A stretch of DNA of 64,000 bases. Source: Cladosporium halotolerans. Lineage: Eukaryota. The stretch spans positions 1-64,000 of the forward strand of contig NW_027191497.1 in assembly GCF_011745625.1 (NCBI RefSeq), given 5' to 3'. Below the pieces are notes generated by a model that did not search any database, was not told where the DNA came from, and worked only from the letters and a program-made list of their open reading frames with translations. How positions within the stretch are numbered: the first letter of the stretch is position 1; the number at the start of each line of letters is the position of its first letter. The position numbers and the translations under genes are program-made. Positions 1 to 12,224 of the stretch are shown here, in pieces.

Positions 1-1100
1 AGTCGATGTAAGCGGAAGTTCTGTAACCTTTTACGGTTAGCGCCGCCTTAGGGTTAGTAGGAGATCAGTGTTCTCCTCCGTTGCCTTTTGGCGAGGAGAC
101 TAGATAATATACGCGCTTAAGACTCTCTTTAATAAGCTATCGCCTTATTCTATAAGGATAACGAATCTTTTATAGAGGACTATACGGCTATAGAGGAATA
201 TTAGATACGGTAGCCTAACTAGTTACTAAGATCGATAATATCTAGAGTAAGAAGAGTACTACTCTTACGATACTCCTTAATATTAGAGGAGCCTTTAATA
301 GAATTAAAAGGAGGTAGCTAAGTAGATAATCGAAATCGATATAGCCGGTAATACGGTACGCTAGGTAGCTATATTCTTAACGAACCGGCGGGCGATACTA
401 GGTAATAGACGGATATACGGGTAAGACCTATAAGATCTAGGCCGGCCTACCCTAAGGATTACCGGTCTTATTAGACCTCTTTATCTTATTAGTTAGCGCT
501 ATATTCGGGTAGCTAGAAGACGGATACCTAAAGGTATAGTCTAGTCTATATATAACGTAGCTTTATTATTATACTCCGATTACTTAACTTAAGGTACTAG
601 ATATCTCGAGTATTTTTTTTTTAATTATAAGTTAGATTATTTTTTTATTAGAGCGATACTTACGCTTATATATATATATATATATATATCTTCCTACGAG
701 AATAAAAATCCTATACTATATTAGCACTTTTATATAGAAGATCTTATAGCTATTCTTAGTACTATATATATAAGTTTCCTTAGATATAGTTTTACTAACG
801 AAAAACGTTCGCTAACGACCTTTTAAAAGGCTTTAAGGACTATAGAACTCCGCGACCTACAATAATTAATAGTATATAACGTATAGTAGAACGGTCTTAG
901 TACTCTATTCTTTTTCAAGTAGACTTAGATAGAGAACCTTCTCTTTATAGTATCGAACTTATTAAATACTACGCGGAGCCTCTACGTAGGCGTTACTCTC
1001 CTATAATAATATTACTTAGATTATATATAAGGCTCCTATAAACTATAGACTAACTCTAAACCTATATACTAAGGAGACTCGTGGTTAGGTACGATATATA
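1..1100. mobile_element. AT-rich RIP-degenerated repeat/transposon relic (family not identifiable)
   Basis: Strong AT and TpA enrichment with scarce CpA/TpG. The ORF track shows no ORF here. Composition changes to gene-like around 1100-1650. This is the typical RIP signature. Confidence 0.65.
668..689. repeat. (TA)n microsatellite
   Basis: tatatatatatatatatatata run. Confidence 0.9.
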
Positions 1101-1187
1101 CGACGTCTATAAGATAGGCGAGACTCGCAGATCTCGCTCTTCTCGTTCTCTTCGCGTGTGAATTATATAACCCGTATATACGCGAAG

Positions 1188-1673
1188 GCTTGGGAGCGCT
1201 AAGGCCCGCAGCCGGTCGCGCCTTAGAAGCGAGTGACCCTGTAGGTCATTACATCGCTGAACCATTCCGAGCTCCTCAAGGAGCGCGAGCGTCTCCGCCA
1301 GGCCTTCGAGGCCAGTACCGATCCCAATGCCGTTCAAGCCGGCGTCTACCTCCAGAAAGACGCGCCCAGCAACGCCGAGGTCGACGAGCTCACGAGAGCA
1401 ATGGCCAGGCTGACTTGGGTTGAGCCGACTGTCAAGCGAAAGCTTCAGGAGCTGAGCGAAGAGCTGGAAGAGGCAAAAGGGGCATTTAGACCCCTCGAAG
1501 AAGCTGCACGGTAGCACGTCAACGACCTGAAGCAGCGTATCGGCGACCTCCAGCGCCGCAGCATCAGCGAGGAAGCCGCCAGCGTAATAGCCAGTAAAAT
1601 ACCTCGCGGACGGCATGGACAGATTAACTCTAGTCATCTAGCCTCACTCTCCAATGCTCTGCAATGCAAATGA
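1188..1673 (+). pseudogene. RIP-inactivated gene fragment encoding a coiled-coil-like protein
   Basis: One frame reads ...LNHSELLKERERLRQAFEAS...VKRKLQELSEELEEAKGAFRPLEEAAR*HVNDLKQRIGDLQRR... It has in-frame stops at 1200 (TAA), 1224, 1242 and 1512 (TAG), all compatible with CAR>TAR RIP changes. Confidence 0.6.
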
Positions 1674-1738
1674 AAATTGTCAATTTTCAATACTGTGGAA
1701 CCCCCGAATTACAGCCCCAGGTCTGCTAATACAACTCA

Positions 1739-3463
1739 TCAGTACACGTAAAGTGTCGATGTTTCCGGGTTCTCCTGCACCAGCTTCTTGTTCTCACGTT
1801 GAAGGATTATGCGTAGCACCCATGCGCAAATGACGACCCCAAGAGAGAAGCCAATGCTAGCCATGAAAGCAGGAATGAAGCGAGGCGCATCAGAGTCTGG
1901 CCAGAGATATGGAGTGTAGACCGAAGCCAGGTTACCCAGGGTGTTGGTCATTGCAATGGCCACAGCTTTCTTCTCATCCGTTTGCCCAAGAGTAGCCGCA
2001 GCCCAGGCCAGAACAATGTTATTGACACCGTAAGTCGCCCCGACGAAAAGCATGATACCGACGTAGCGCCCGGCGACGCTCATTGTCGCGGCCGATAATG
2101 CGAAACCCACGCAAGCGATCAGCTTTGACACTGTCGTATGCCATGTTCGTTCGTTGTGACGCCCGCTGGACCAGGACACGAGAATGCTGATTGCACCAGC
2201 CACGAGGTAAGGCGGACAAGTAAGCGCCAGCGTCACTGTGGTGTTGAAGCCAAGAGTCTTGACGACACTCGGCAGGAAATTCTTGAACCCATTGGCAGAG
2301 AGGTGCAAGTTATCCATCAGACAGAACAACCATGTCTTGTAGTCCGTGCTTGCTTCTCTCAAGCCTTGCCAGACAGTTGAGCTCTCGTTCCTGCGCCCAG
2401 TTTGATCCTGAAAGATGCGCTGGTGAGCAAGTTGCCTCTCGGACTCCGTCAACCACCGTGTCTTCAGCGGGCTGTCGGGTAGGAACACAGCAGCCACTAG
2501 AGCCACTCCAATCGAGATAGCTCCTTGGATGATGAAGAGCCTGTTAAGCTGTTAGTAGCGATCTTTCAGAGGACGGGCGAAGAGTCTTGACACACCACTG
2601 CCATCCAGCAAGACCATGTCTTCCATCCAGCTCGGAGAAGATCGGCGCTGCGATGAGTCCGGAGAAAGAGCTGGCCAGCATGTTGCCCGTGTACAAGATG
2701 GACATACGCGTGGCCATCTCCTTTTTCGTATAGAACATGCTGATCATGTACAGTGCTCCAGGGTAAAACTTCCAGCACAGTCAGTCTTGCTCCTATCCAC
2801 CAACACGCGAAAACACTCACTGGCGCTTCCGTAATGCCTAGAAGAAATCGAAGCACCAACATGTGCTCGTAGTCTTCGGCTAGGAAGGTGAGCAAACTCA
2901 CAACCGACCATGCAAGCATAAAACCTGTTTTCGTGGGCCTTAGCCAGTTGCTCGCACTCTGCAGCACGTTACCTGATAAGACTCACCTGCCATGAACCAA
3001 GATGGTCGCACTCGATTGAGTAGCATATTAGATGGTACCTGACCAAGCAGGTAACTAGAAGAATCAGCAAAGCTCGTCAAGTGGCCATCGCAATACGTAC
3101 CCAACGAACAAGATCGACACACAAGTGTTGTATTGCGTTCCGGTCAAACCAAGGTCCTCTGACAGGGAGTTGAGCTTCCCGTTGATCATCGCATTGCGAT
3201 CGAGAAAGTTCAAGAAATACATGGCCCATAGAATCGGCTTTGGCAGATCAGCAACTTTGTCAGAGCCCAAGGGTGGGTAGCGGGATTACCATCATGTAAA
3301 AATCAAGCTTGCGGACGAGTTTGATCTCTTCTGGGTCGGAGGTGACGCGCGCACCAAATTTGTCGGTGGATGCATAAATACGGCATTGATCTTTGTCTGC
3401 AACTTCAATGCATTCGGCTCCGTGATCGACACCTTTCCCTGTGTCCTTCACGCTGTTCGCCAT
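1739..3463 (-). CDS. MFS transporter, allantoate/anion:cation symporter (Dal5-like) family, multi-exon
   Basis: Exons MANSVKD...LVRKLDFYMM / PILWAMYFLNFLDRNAMINGKL / QVPSNMLLNRVRPS / RFLLGITEAP / FYPGALYMISMFYTKKEMATRMSILYTG / FLPDSP...LSESER-like motif. Introns are GT-AG. Confidence 0.9.
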
Positions 3464-3821
3464 AGTGATTCGAAGCGTCGAAGTTGATGTGGAAGAGATT
3501 GTGACTCCGGGTGACCACTGATGTTGTGGCGTAAAGCAGTGTCTTTCTGTCCATCGATGAGATATTCGCAATCTTACTTATAGCGCGGAGGGAGGCTTTC
3601 ATCAATTAAGAAGTGGCTTGCTATCGTTAGGTAGCCCCGCATGGAAGCCCCATGGGGCTTTCTTGGTTATCCGGGGTCGCGTGGCAGCGTGGGTGTTTCT
3701 CCGGTGCGGGGAAGCGATGAGATGGAAAAGCATGTGAACCTGGTCGTTTCCTCCTTCCTGGACGCATCAACTCTCGGGTCTCCATTTTCTGCGATACGGA
3801 AAAGCTTTCGTCTCCCCGGCA

Positions 3822-6312
3822 ATGTCGTCCCCATCCGACACGTTGGCGTTGACAGCACGTCGCAAGACCCGCGAACGTGTGAGAGCGACACGAGCGTGTG
3901 ATCAATGCAAAGCGTAGGTATCATGCGTGGAGATGCTCCCCAAGTCGCTAATATGCCCACAGGAAGAAGGCACGATGCTCTGCGACGAGACCGTGCACTA
4001 CTTGCGTTGCTAAGAAACTTCCGTGCCAATATCTGGCCAGCTATCGTCGCGGCAAAGCGCCGGTGATCGAAGCAAGTGCCGATATAGATGTTCTAAGTGG
4101 CAGCATTCAGAGCCCCTCTGAATTGTGTCAATTACAAGCGGATGTGCAGTTTTCGATGTCGCCTGCCGAGGCGTCACCTTCATGCTTCCGAAATCCGGAC
4201 CGTGCTTCAGAGGAAAGAGACTTATCTGGTTGGAAGAGCCAGTACATTGGCGCTTCCTCAGGGATAGCATTTTTGGCCCGCGTGAAGCGTCGCCTGTATA
4301 AGGCGTCCGTCCTGGATGGCAACGGTTCAGTCTTAGCATTTGGAGACCTTGCTCCGCCTGAGGTCGATTCTTCATTCCTCAACCTCCCATCTCGGGTAGA
4401 AGCCCGAAACCTTCTCGACGTCTACTTCGACTATGCTCTCCCAACTCACCGTTTTCTACACAAACCGACAGCTCAAGCCTGGCTGGAGATTCTCTACGAT
4501 ACCCAAGGGGAAGCAGAGTTGCCATCGGCTACACGTGAGCGCAACGCTCTTATGCTCATTGCATTGGCCCACGCGAAATTATACGCATCCGGCCAAAGTA
4601 AACGCCATGACGAGCTTCTAGGGTGAATCTTTTCCACGACAATCTTGCCTTCAAGGATGAGATCGAAAGTGCTAATTTGCAATGAGTAGTGCATCTCTCG
4701 AAGCTGCTTCCGAGAATCAACTCGCCAAAGAGAAAGGGATCGTCCGCTTGACCAGCGTGCAGTCCCGCCTTGCGCTCTGCTTCTATCTGCTTACCCGATC
4801 TCGGATCAATCAATGCTGGACCGTATTCGGAACTGCAGCGCGGCTAGCACTTGCAGTTGGCCTACACCGCCGCAGCCGCACTCAGCATAGTGAGGAAACA
4901 GTAGAAATGGAGTCACGCAAACGTACTTTTTGGGCTGCTTACAGTCTAGATTGCTATCTGAGCGCTGCGCTGGGGCGCCCTAGAGCCTTCCACGATGACG
5001 ACATTGATCAGGTAAATTCAAGTCGCTTATGAATAAGCAGAAAGATCAACGTAGAATTGACGCTATGTAGGACTTGCCTAGCAATATCGATGATCAGGAT
5101 CTCGCGGAAGCTGGAGTGCCGACAATTTCCTCACGATCGCAAAAGGTCATGATGGCTGCAATCCAGCATGCTAAGTATTGCTTTTTGATGTCGAAGCTCA
5201 CGCGACTCCGTTCTCCATGCTGACAATGATCCCAGGTTGTCGATGCTGGTAGGACGTATCTTACGAGAGCAGTACAGCGCACGAAAGCCTCTTCTTGAAG
5301 AACGCGTCGCACTCTGCCTCAAAGTTTGTGAAGCGCTGCGACACTGGCGATCAGATATCTCGGACTTTCTAGACACCCAGTGGTCGAATATCTCGTTGAT
5401 GAAGCCGCCCTTTTCGCGACAATGCACTGTCTTAAATCTTGCTTACGCACACGCGGTGATCTTGGCCTGTCGCCCGCTGCTATTGGTCAGATCCAATAGG
5501 ATTTCTGGAAGGCAAACGGCGGAAGAGCAACTGATATGCGAAACCGATCTTCAAGCCAGTTTGAGCCACATGTTAGAAGCCGTTCGCAGCATCTTCTACA
5601 TAGTATCGTATCTGTGCGCGACCGACCAAATGCACAGCGCTTTTTGGGTGAGTACATCATTGGTGCCGGTCAAATGGAGTAGTTGAGCTCACTCTGGTGA
5701 AGTTCACTCAATACTACGCTTTCAGCGCTCTCAGTGTCGCTTACGTTTCGATCCTGCTCCGGGATCTTGATCAGTCACGCGATTGGCAGGAAATACTAGC
5801 TGAAGCCGAAAAAAGCCAGTCTAAGCTGTTAGCCAATGTTCCTCAGGCTCCTTTCATTCGCTACAAGGTGGTGTTACAAGAGCTACTATTACAAGCCACG
5901 ATATCACTCGAGGGGAGCGTTGCTGAACATCTGCCATCACCGGATATAGACACGAATCACGGTCAGCAGGATTCAGTGGCTGGAGAGGGGATTGCGACGA
6001 CCTCTCATCCCGTGGTTGACTCAACTGAGAATGCGCAGCTTTCTCATGACAGTTTTGCGACACATTTGTATGCGTCACCGCTTTCTGGTCAGGATGCGAT
6101 GACCCTTTCTCACGACAGCGATGAGAGGAGCTGGATGGGGTTTGATGACATTTTCGGATGGGAAGACTTAGACTCGCTGGTGGGTCTTCGCGACTTGGGC
6201 ATTATAAGTGCTCGAATCGGATACACAAAACTGACAGATTCCGCAGGTAAACGCCACGATTACAGCGCCGGGTGATCACAGTCTCACCGCTCTGGATCTC
6301 GACAAGATGTGA
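3822..6312 (+). CDS. Zn(II)2Cys6 transcription factor with fungal-specific TF (Fungal_trans) domain, multi-exon
   Basis: ATG at 3822. Splicing intron 3914-3962 gives CDQCKAKKARCSATRPCTTCVAKKLPC. The middle homology region reads ARLALAVGLHR...RKRTFWAAYSLDCYLSAALGRP. The last exon ends TGA at ~6312. Confidence 0.88.
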
Positions 6313-6618
6313 TCCACCTCAGGAAAGTTAAGCCTTAGACGATTTCGACGCGTTCTCACATTAGTGAACATACTGCTTCCCGGATTCAAATCTGTTCTCA
6401 ATGGCTGAGAGGACAGGTAGTACCATGTAACTCTTTTCACATTTCGGAGAAAGAGACATGTATCATCAATTAGGGTTTTCTACAAAAAAAGCCTGTTGGA
6501 CCTCCAACATCCGATTAAGCGATAGTCATGAGTTCCATGTCTAACCGGAGACCTAGCATGATGGAGCTATCCACAGCCAGATTGCTTAAACAACCGCCAC
6601 TACTCGCGCGGTCTAAAC

Positions 6619-7990
6619 TCAGCAACCCTTCATGGTGCCACGTATCGCCTGGGCAACCAACTTGTGAATTGCCATACCTGGATGGTACTGTTGCAGTTAG
6701 CTATCAGGTCAAGACATACTGACATCTACCCTTAGGTAGCAGACTTACATCATTGAACCATAAACAAGTTGTACCAGAAGCGTCAAAACAAGTCGCATCT
6801 CGCGCTCCGTACGCCGTCGGATTGCTAAGAGCGGTCATAAAAGGCTCCATCGTGTCAACCAAATAGATTTTTGCCTGAGGGTTTGCGACAGCGAAAGCCC
6901 CGACTCTGGACTTGAGCGCAGCGTTGTACTGTTTGATAGCAGCTGCTTCTGCATTAACAGTTGAGGTGCCCTGAGCTAGTACGGCTGGAGTGAGCTGGAT
7001 GGGCGGGACGGACAAGAACAGGAAGTTGCGAGCTCCAGCATCGTAGAGTGTCTGCGTTTGGTTGATATATTGATTCATGATCTTCTCGACGAGCGTGGTG
7101 TAAGTTGAGGAGTACCAAGAATTTCCGACATCCTAGAGTAGCGATCAGCCTATGTGCCATAGTGGAAAGACAAAGGACGGGGCAGTGCTTACATTGACGC
7201 CAATCCACACAGCGAACAGAGAGTTCGCAGCATTCCATTTCACAAACCCAGGCGTTTTAGCACTCTTCAAGTACAAGTTCACCTGGTCTACGAAGGAAAG
7301 CACAGTTGAAGCGAAGGGTACGACGAGGCTTGCGTCAGTCGTGGCGCCACCCGATGCGAAGTTGTACGAGTATACCGGGCTACAGTTGAATTGAGAGACG
7401 TAATATCCAATCCAGTTCGGGCCTCCTGACGTTGTCCAGCCCGGGAAGCTCGGGTTTCCCAGAGGATTCGAGGATGACGCCAGTGAGAGCGTGGGGTCAA
7501 ATCCCGTTTGGGAGTAGCTGTCGCCGCTGAAGCACGATCCTAGTCAGCATCGGATACACACATGGGTCAATTGCAAAGCACGCACAATGAGATCAGATAT
7601 TGAACGTTGGTGCTTGACGGCGTCGAATTGGGCGACGTGGTCGTGGACTTCGATGTCGAGCTTGTCACGGGCTTAGTCGATGTCGTGAAAGAGGTCGAGA
7701 TAGTAGTGCTAGGACTAGCCGTGCCAGGAACACATTGGCCTATCACGCACGCTTCAGTTGCATTCTTCAATGAGGTCTCAGTACTTACTGTACCACGGAT
7801 TCTGTACCTGGCATGCATAGCCTTTCACGCAATCTGTCCGGCCATTCCAACCTTGAATGATCAGCGTAAGTTTCTGGGCTGTCATCTGCCATTGAAAATG
7901 ATACATACCAGAGCCGCCGCATTGGCCCCAAGCCGGTTGCTGACCTAGTGTTCCTGCAGCGAGAGAAAGAACGAACACAAGCAGATACAT
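6619..7990 (-). CDS. Secreted CBM1-containing SGNH/GDSL acetylesterase (CE16-like), multi-exon
   Basis: Signal peptide, CBM1 (WGQCGG.GW.G.T.C..GY.C...NPWYSQC), Ser/Thr linker, GDSYS catalytic motif, [14 protein letters not shown] and WFND|YHP blocks. Confidence 0.88.
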
Positions 7991-8822
7991 AGCTTCTTAT
8001 GTGTAAATGCGCTTTTGTCGTCTAAGCTGAAGTCCACTTTTGAAGTATTTTGAACAATGGTTGAGAGTTACTTCAGGTAGCATTCATTTTGTATCTTGGA
8101 GCCTTGTAGGTAGCAATTGTTTTGCTTGCCGTTTACGTCTTCTCCGTGCTCCTCCGTGGCTTTGATCATCGTGGCTCGCTACAGAAGTCACATTCAGTAG
8201 AAGCCCTAATAACCCCGCGGCATGTCGTTGGTGGAGAAATTCATCAGCTAGGTGATACTTGTTGGTCGATAGCACGCCATAGCTGAGCGAGCGCGGGGCT
8301 CCGGAAAACTCACTGCAGAGGGTCACTTTGCCGTCTCTGAGAATAAAGTGCACAAAGGCAGGTACAACGCCTCTTAGCCTGATTGTCATGAAGCTGCTGA
8401 GTGCTTAGAAAAAAGACTTGGGTAATCATCCTTCAATCTTGCTAACCATCCCAGCAGATTGGTAGCTTCTACCGGAAGGCATGCCCGAGCGCGATGAGCT
8501 TCCTGTTAGGGCTACCGGAAACAAATGAAGTAACTCTCATGCTTGACGCAGAGACGTCCGATCTGGCGCGGCAAAGGGTGTTCCGCGGGCCGAAGAACCC
8601 TTCAGGCTTAATAGCTTGTATCAAGCCATTCAGCTCAGCACAGGTCCGAGAGCGAGACCCTTTTGACCGTGACAACTCCTTGAAGCGACACGTTAGGCGC
8701 GCTGAAACCGGGGTTTGGTGTTCTCGAGCTCAGCAAAAAGAAAAAAGATAGCTTTGAGAGGAGCAGAAGAGACGCTGTATTGAATGGAAAGCTTTTGTTT
8801 CAAGATGCATCGCCGTATTCCT

Positions 8823-9926
8823 CTATTCTGGTCCAGCCGGAGGCTCACTTGCAGCCAGATTGCACTGACGGAAGATTCTCACCTCGCCTGCAGCAAAACG
8901 GCCGGTGACAGAATGCAGAACGGCATGGTTGTTGAAGATGGCAATGTCTCCCTCGTCCCAGTCGACAGGGAAGACGTGCTCCGGTGCAATACCTGGCCTC
9001 TGTAACCTGTGCACGATCTCCCTCACTTCCTTCAGATCATCGATCACTGTACCATCAGACAAGTACAGCTTCTCAACAGCAGATGGGTGCACTTGCAACG
9101 CCAGCCTGCCTGTCACGGGATTCTTCCAGCACATAGGGAGGATGGCAATCTTCTCCTGCTCGATTGGTGGAAGCTCGCTGTCTGGCAGCTCCAGACCATC
9201 AGACTCCATACCGAGACCATGAGAGCGCGAGCGTGCGCCAGACATCCAGATGTAAGGGTGGGCGTGATACTGGACTCGTGTTCCACGAGCAAACTCCTTA
9301 TCAGTATCGCTCAGCAGGTCGTATGTTGTTTCTGATGATGCGAAACAAGTGCTTCCTCGGGGTACAACTAGCTCATCGCCAGATCCGTCGTCGTACCGAA
9401 GCTTCTGCGGTGCTGACTTGGGCACACTGACGGCCATGAGCGTGGTGACCTTTGGCGGATTCAAAGCGTACAAGGCCGCATCAATGTGCCAGCGATAAAA
9501 GCGTGTATTGTCGCGGTCATCTTCTTCAGATATGCTAGTCTTGTGGAAAGTTTTGTGGTGTGGATGCTTGAGAGTGATGTTCTCCAGCCCTTCATAGGAT
9601 GCCACGGGTCCGTTGCCAATGACTTGCACCTGAGGCTGGTGCGGGATGGTCTTCAGGTCCGGATGCAGCACGCTACGTTTCGCATCGAGCGTCTTGCCAT
9701 GCCCGTACGTCGTTACCAATGGGTCGAACTTGCGAGTCAGCTCGTACTGAGCTTTGGGGGAAAGATTCTGCTGGCCCTTGAACAACACTACTTGGTAGGT
9801 GTAGAGCGCCCTTCGAATGACCTCGAAGTCTGTTTCATTGAGATTCTCAAGGTCGGCATTGCGGAGTTCTGCGCCCAAGGGCTGGTCTTCCAGCGGATGG
9901 ACGGTGATGCTGGACTTGATAGCCAT
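8823..9926 (-). CDS. xanA: Alpha-ketoglutarate-dependent xanthine dioxygenase (TauD family)
   Basis: Intronless, 367 aa. Contains YGHGKTLDAKRS, FYRWHIDAALY (HxD), and HDW/VDW..GD..IFNN..VLHSV. It closely matches A. nidulans XanA as I recall that sequence. Confidence 0.92.
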   Translation of the reverse strand: MAIKSSITVHPLEDQPLGAELRNADLENLNETDFEVIRRALYTYQVVLFKGQQNLSPKAQYELTRKFDPLVTTYGHGKTLDAKRSVLHPDLKTIPHQPQVQVIGNGPVASYEGLENITLKHPHHKTFHKTSISEEDDRDNTRFYRWHIDAALYALNPPKVTTLMAVSVPKSAPQKLRYDDGSGDELVVPRGSTCFASSETTYDLLSDTDKEFARGTRVQYHAHPYIWMSGARSRSHGLGMESDGLELPDSELPPIEQEKIAILPMCWKNPVTGRLALQVHPSAVEKLYLSDGTVIDDLKEVREIVHRLQRPGIAPEHVFPVDWDEGDIAIFNNHAVLHSVTGRFAAGEVRIFRQCNLAASEPPAGPE

Positions 9927-10301
9927 CGGTTCAAGTTGTTGCTCGCGCGTGTCCCCAGAGCGGCGGAGAAGGCTTTGTAGGCTTGGAGGTCCTGGCGGAG
10001 GTTGTAACGCGTCCAGCAGTGAGTCCGCAAGGATACTTTATATGTGTCTGTCTCTTGTTGGCTGTATCGCGACACGACTACTTCTTCATACTCTCTTATC
10101 TCTGGCGGGCGCAAAAGCCCCACCGTATGGGCCCTTCTGGAGCCACATGTCGTCGCAGTCACGAATTCACCTACCTGGTACCATTGGCAGATGCTTAGAG
10201 GAAAAAGAAAGCAATCTGCGCCGCAACATCGCAATCTGTGTCAAGAAAAAGCTTGATACGCTTTCACAGACTGATGTGCGCTCTCTTGCGTGCCTGCGGC
10301 G

Positions 10302-10382
10302 TCGGAGGCGGCCGAGTTCCACAAGATCAATTGTGGAAGGCCTGAGGCAAGCATGGCTTCTTCGTCCATCGGAGCTCGCCGA
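10302..10382. promoter_or_regulatory. Two UaY/Ppr1-type sites TCGG-N6-CCGA upstream of xanA
   Basis: TCGGAGGCGGCCGA at 10302-10315 and TCGGAGCTCGCCGA at 10369-10382. GATA motifs lie nearby (CTTATC ~10095, CTATC ~10386 and ~10392). Confidence 0.8.
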
Positions 10383-11106
10383 CAGCTATCGCTATCGAGG
10401 CGTAGGATGATTCCTCCGACCTCTTTTTCGTCCAGAGATCTTGCAACGCGTGCTATAGTGTCTTGTCGCTCTGGAGCTGGCACAGGGTTTGTTTTTCCTT
10501 TACTAGGGTTGTAGCATCGCTTGTATCTTGGACTTTGGAGGTATCCGAGCATCTCCCTCGAGGAACTGCAAGATCGGCTCAAACGGTCAGCCGCTCCGGG
10601 TCTGAGCGGCAAAAATAGCGTCAGCGCCAACAATGCAATTGGTAACAGTAGGTCAAGACGTCTTGTCAAGCTTACGATCTGAATTGGCCGTCGGTGCTAT
10701 TCTGCTAGTGGAGAACTTTGGTCTATATCCAAGCCGTTTCTTGAGCTCCATGTACAGAAGTCAGAGTGAGGCCGTAGCGACATAGTTTCTCAGTGCTGGT
10801 GAGGATGATGCGAAAATACCAATTGGAAGAGACAAGATCTTGTAAAGTCATAGTACTTTTTCGAATGGAAACTTCAATTGGTGATGACTAGTCTGATAGA
10901 AGACATTAAAGCTCTCACGGACGAGTGCTGATTTACGAAAAGAAAAAGATGAGTAAAAGATTGCAAGTCAAATGATTATTCCAAGTCTTGATCTCCTGAC
11001 GAAGGATGCGTGTGTAACGGCAGTGCCGTCCAGTGTTGGAAGGGTTGCCTCATTGACAAGCCCCAAGACCCAACGGCCGCATGTTCGTTCTGCACCATCA
11101 ATTGCT

Positions 11107-12224
11107 TTACTGCTGATTGGGGTCATAGGTGGGAGGCTGAGGTGCGACCTCCAGGATCGCAGGGCCGAACAGAATGGCGCTGTCGTCAAGCTTGCCCTCA
11201 ACATCTTTGTTGGAAACGAAGACATAGGTTTGGCCCTCTGCAACCTGAGGAATGGCAGCCGTAGTGCTGTTGCCTGAACTTTTGTCAGTTTCAAGCTCCG
11301 TTACATAGACCAAAGGGGCCGACTTACCCTTGCTCTCACCCTTGACGCTGACAACACTAAGGCCGGATACAAAGGTCACATAGGAGCCATCCGGAATGGC
11401 ACTTGCCGCAGTGAATTCGACCTTGTCACCAGCACAGGGGATAGGAGCAGACTTGGAGTGCTTCTTCCACCCTGAGTGCTTCTTGTTGGACTTCATCGCA
11501 ACAGAGAGGGTAGGGAAAGGCTTGAATGGCAGAGCCGGGTTGGAAGACGGGCAAGACTTGATGAAACCAGCGGCCAAAGTGTAGACAGAGGTCGGGTCGA
11601 GAGCCTGCAAGTGAGGGTCAGAGAATTAACCAGACATGCTTTCAGGATACACTTACAGTTCCGTACGGGTTGGCGAACGGTACTTCTCCTGCGGCACCGC
11701 GTTGCAAAGACGTATGCAGAGCCTCGGACACAAGGATAGCGCCAGCAACAGAGAGGTAGTCTTTGCTGGTGATCAATGGGGCACCGCCGAGGTAAGCGGA
11801 AGTGCCGACACCTTCGAGGACCGAGGAGAGAGTGATGAAGCTCTGAACATCGGTGTAGGGGAAGGAGTAGGTGCAAGCCTGAACCGGCGTGACACCGGCG
11901 GCTGTCAGAGCACCAGAGAGCAGCTTCACGTGTTGTTCCTCATCATGTGCGATATACTGGAGGTTCGTGTAGTAGTCCGCATTGTATCCTGTTCCACCGT
12001 CAGTTACATGGAACATTATGAACTGATGCAGGTTGTCTGACCGGCTTTGGTGAAGTCCCGGGGAGAGAATTTTGACAAAGCACCCTTGTAGAACACGTTT
12101 TCCAAGTGCTCCAAGGTCAAGGCGAACTGTAGGACAGTTGGGTCGATGTTGTCGGGGGAGTCAAAGGAGCAGCTCCAGCGATAGATGCCAAGAAAGGCAT
12201 AGCGCCGAGAATGGTGGACTTCAT
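11107..12224 (-). CDS. Secreted ferritin-like domain protein (Rds1/Ferritin_2 family), multi-exon
   Basis: Signal peptide [20 protein letters not shown]. Di-metal motifs [30 protein letters not shown] and SEALH. Also [18 protein letters not shown]. Confidence 0.85.

Noticed and set aside
48..57. TTAGGGTTAG as a chromosome end or telomerase template
   Set aside because: Under two repeat units and embedded in RIP-mutated sequence. It is not an array.
72..103. Hairpin followed by CTAG (Helitron 3' end), or U2 snRNA stem I (TTGCCTTTTGGC)
   Set aside because: CTAG is followed by A rather than T, and the spacing is atypical. The U2 branch-recognition sequence GTGTAGTA is absent.
1107..1637. 176-aa minus-strand ORF
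   Set aside because: Best explained as the antisense shadow of the RIP-damaged plus-strand frame.
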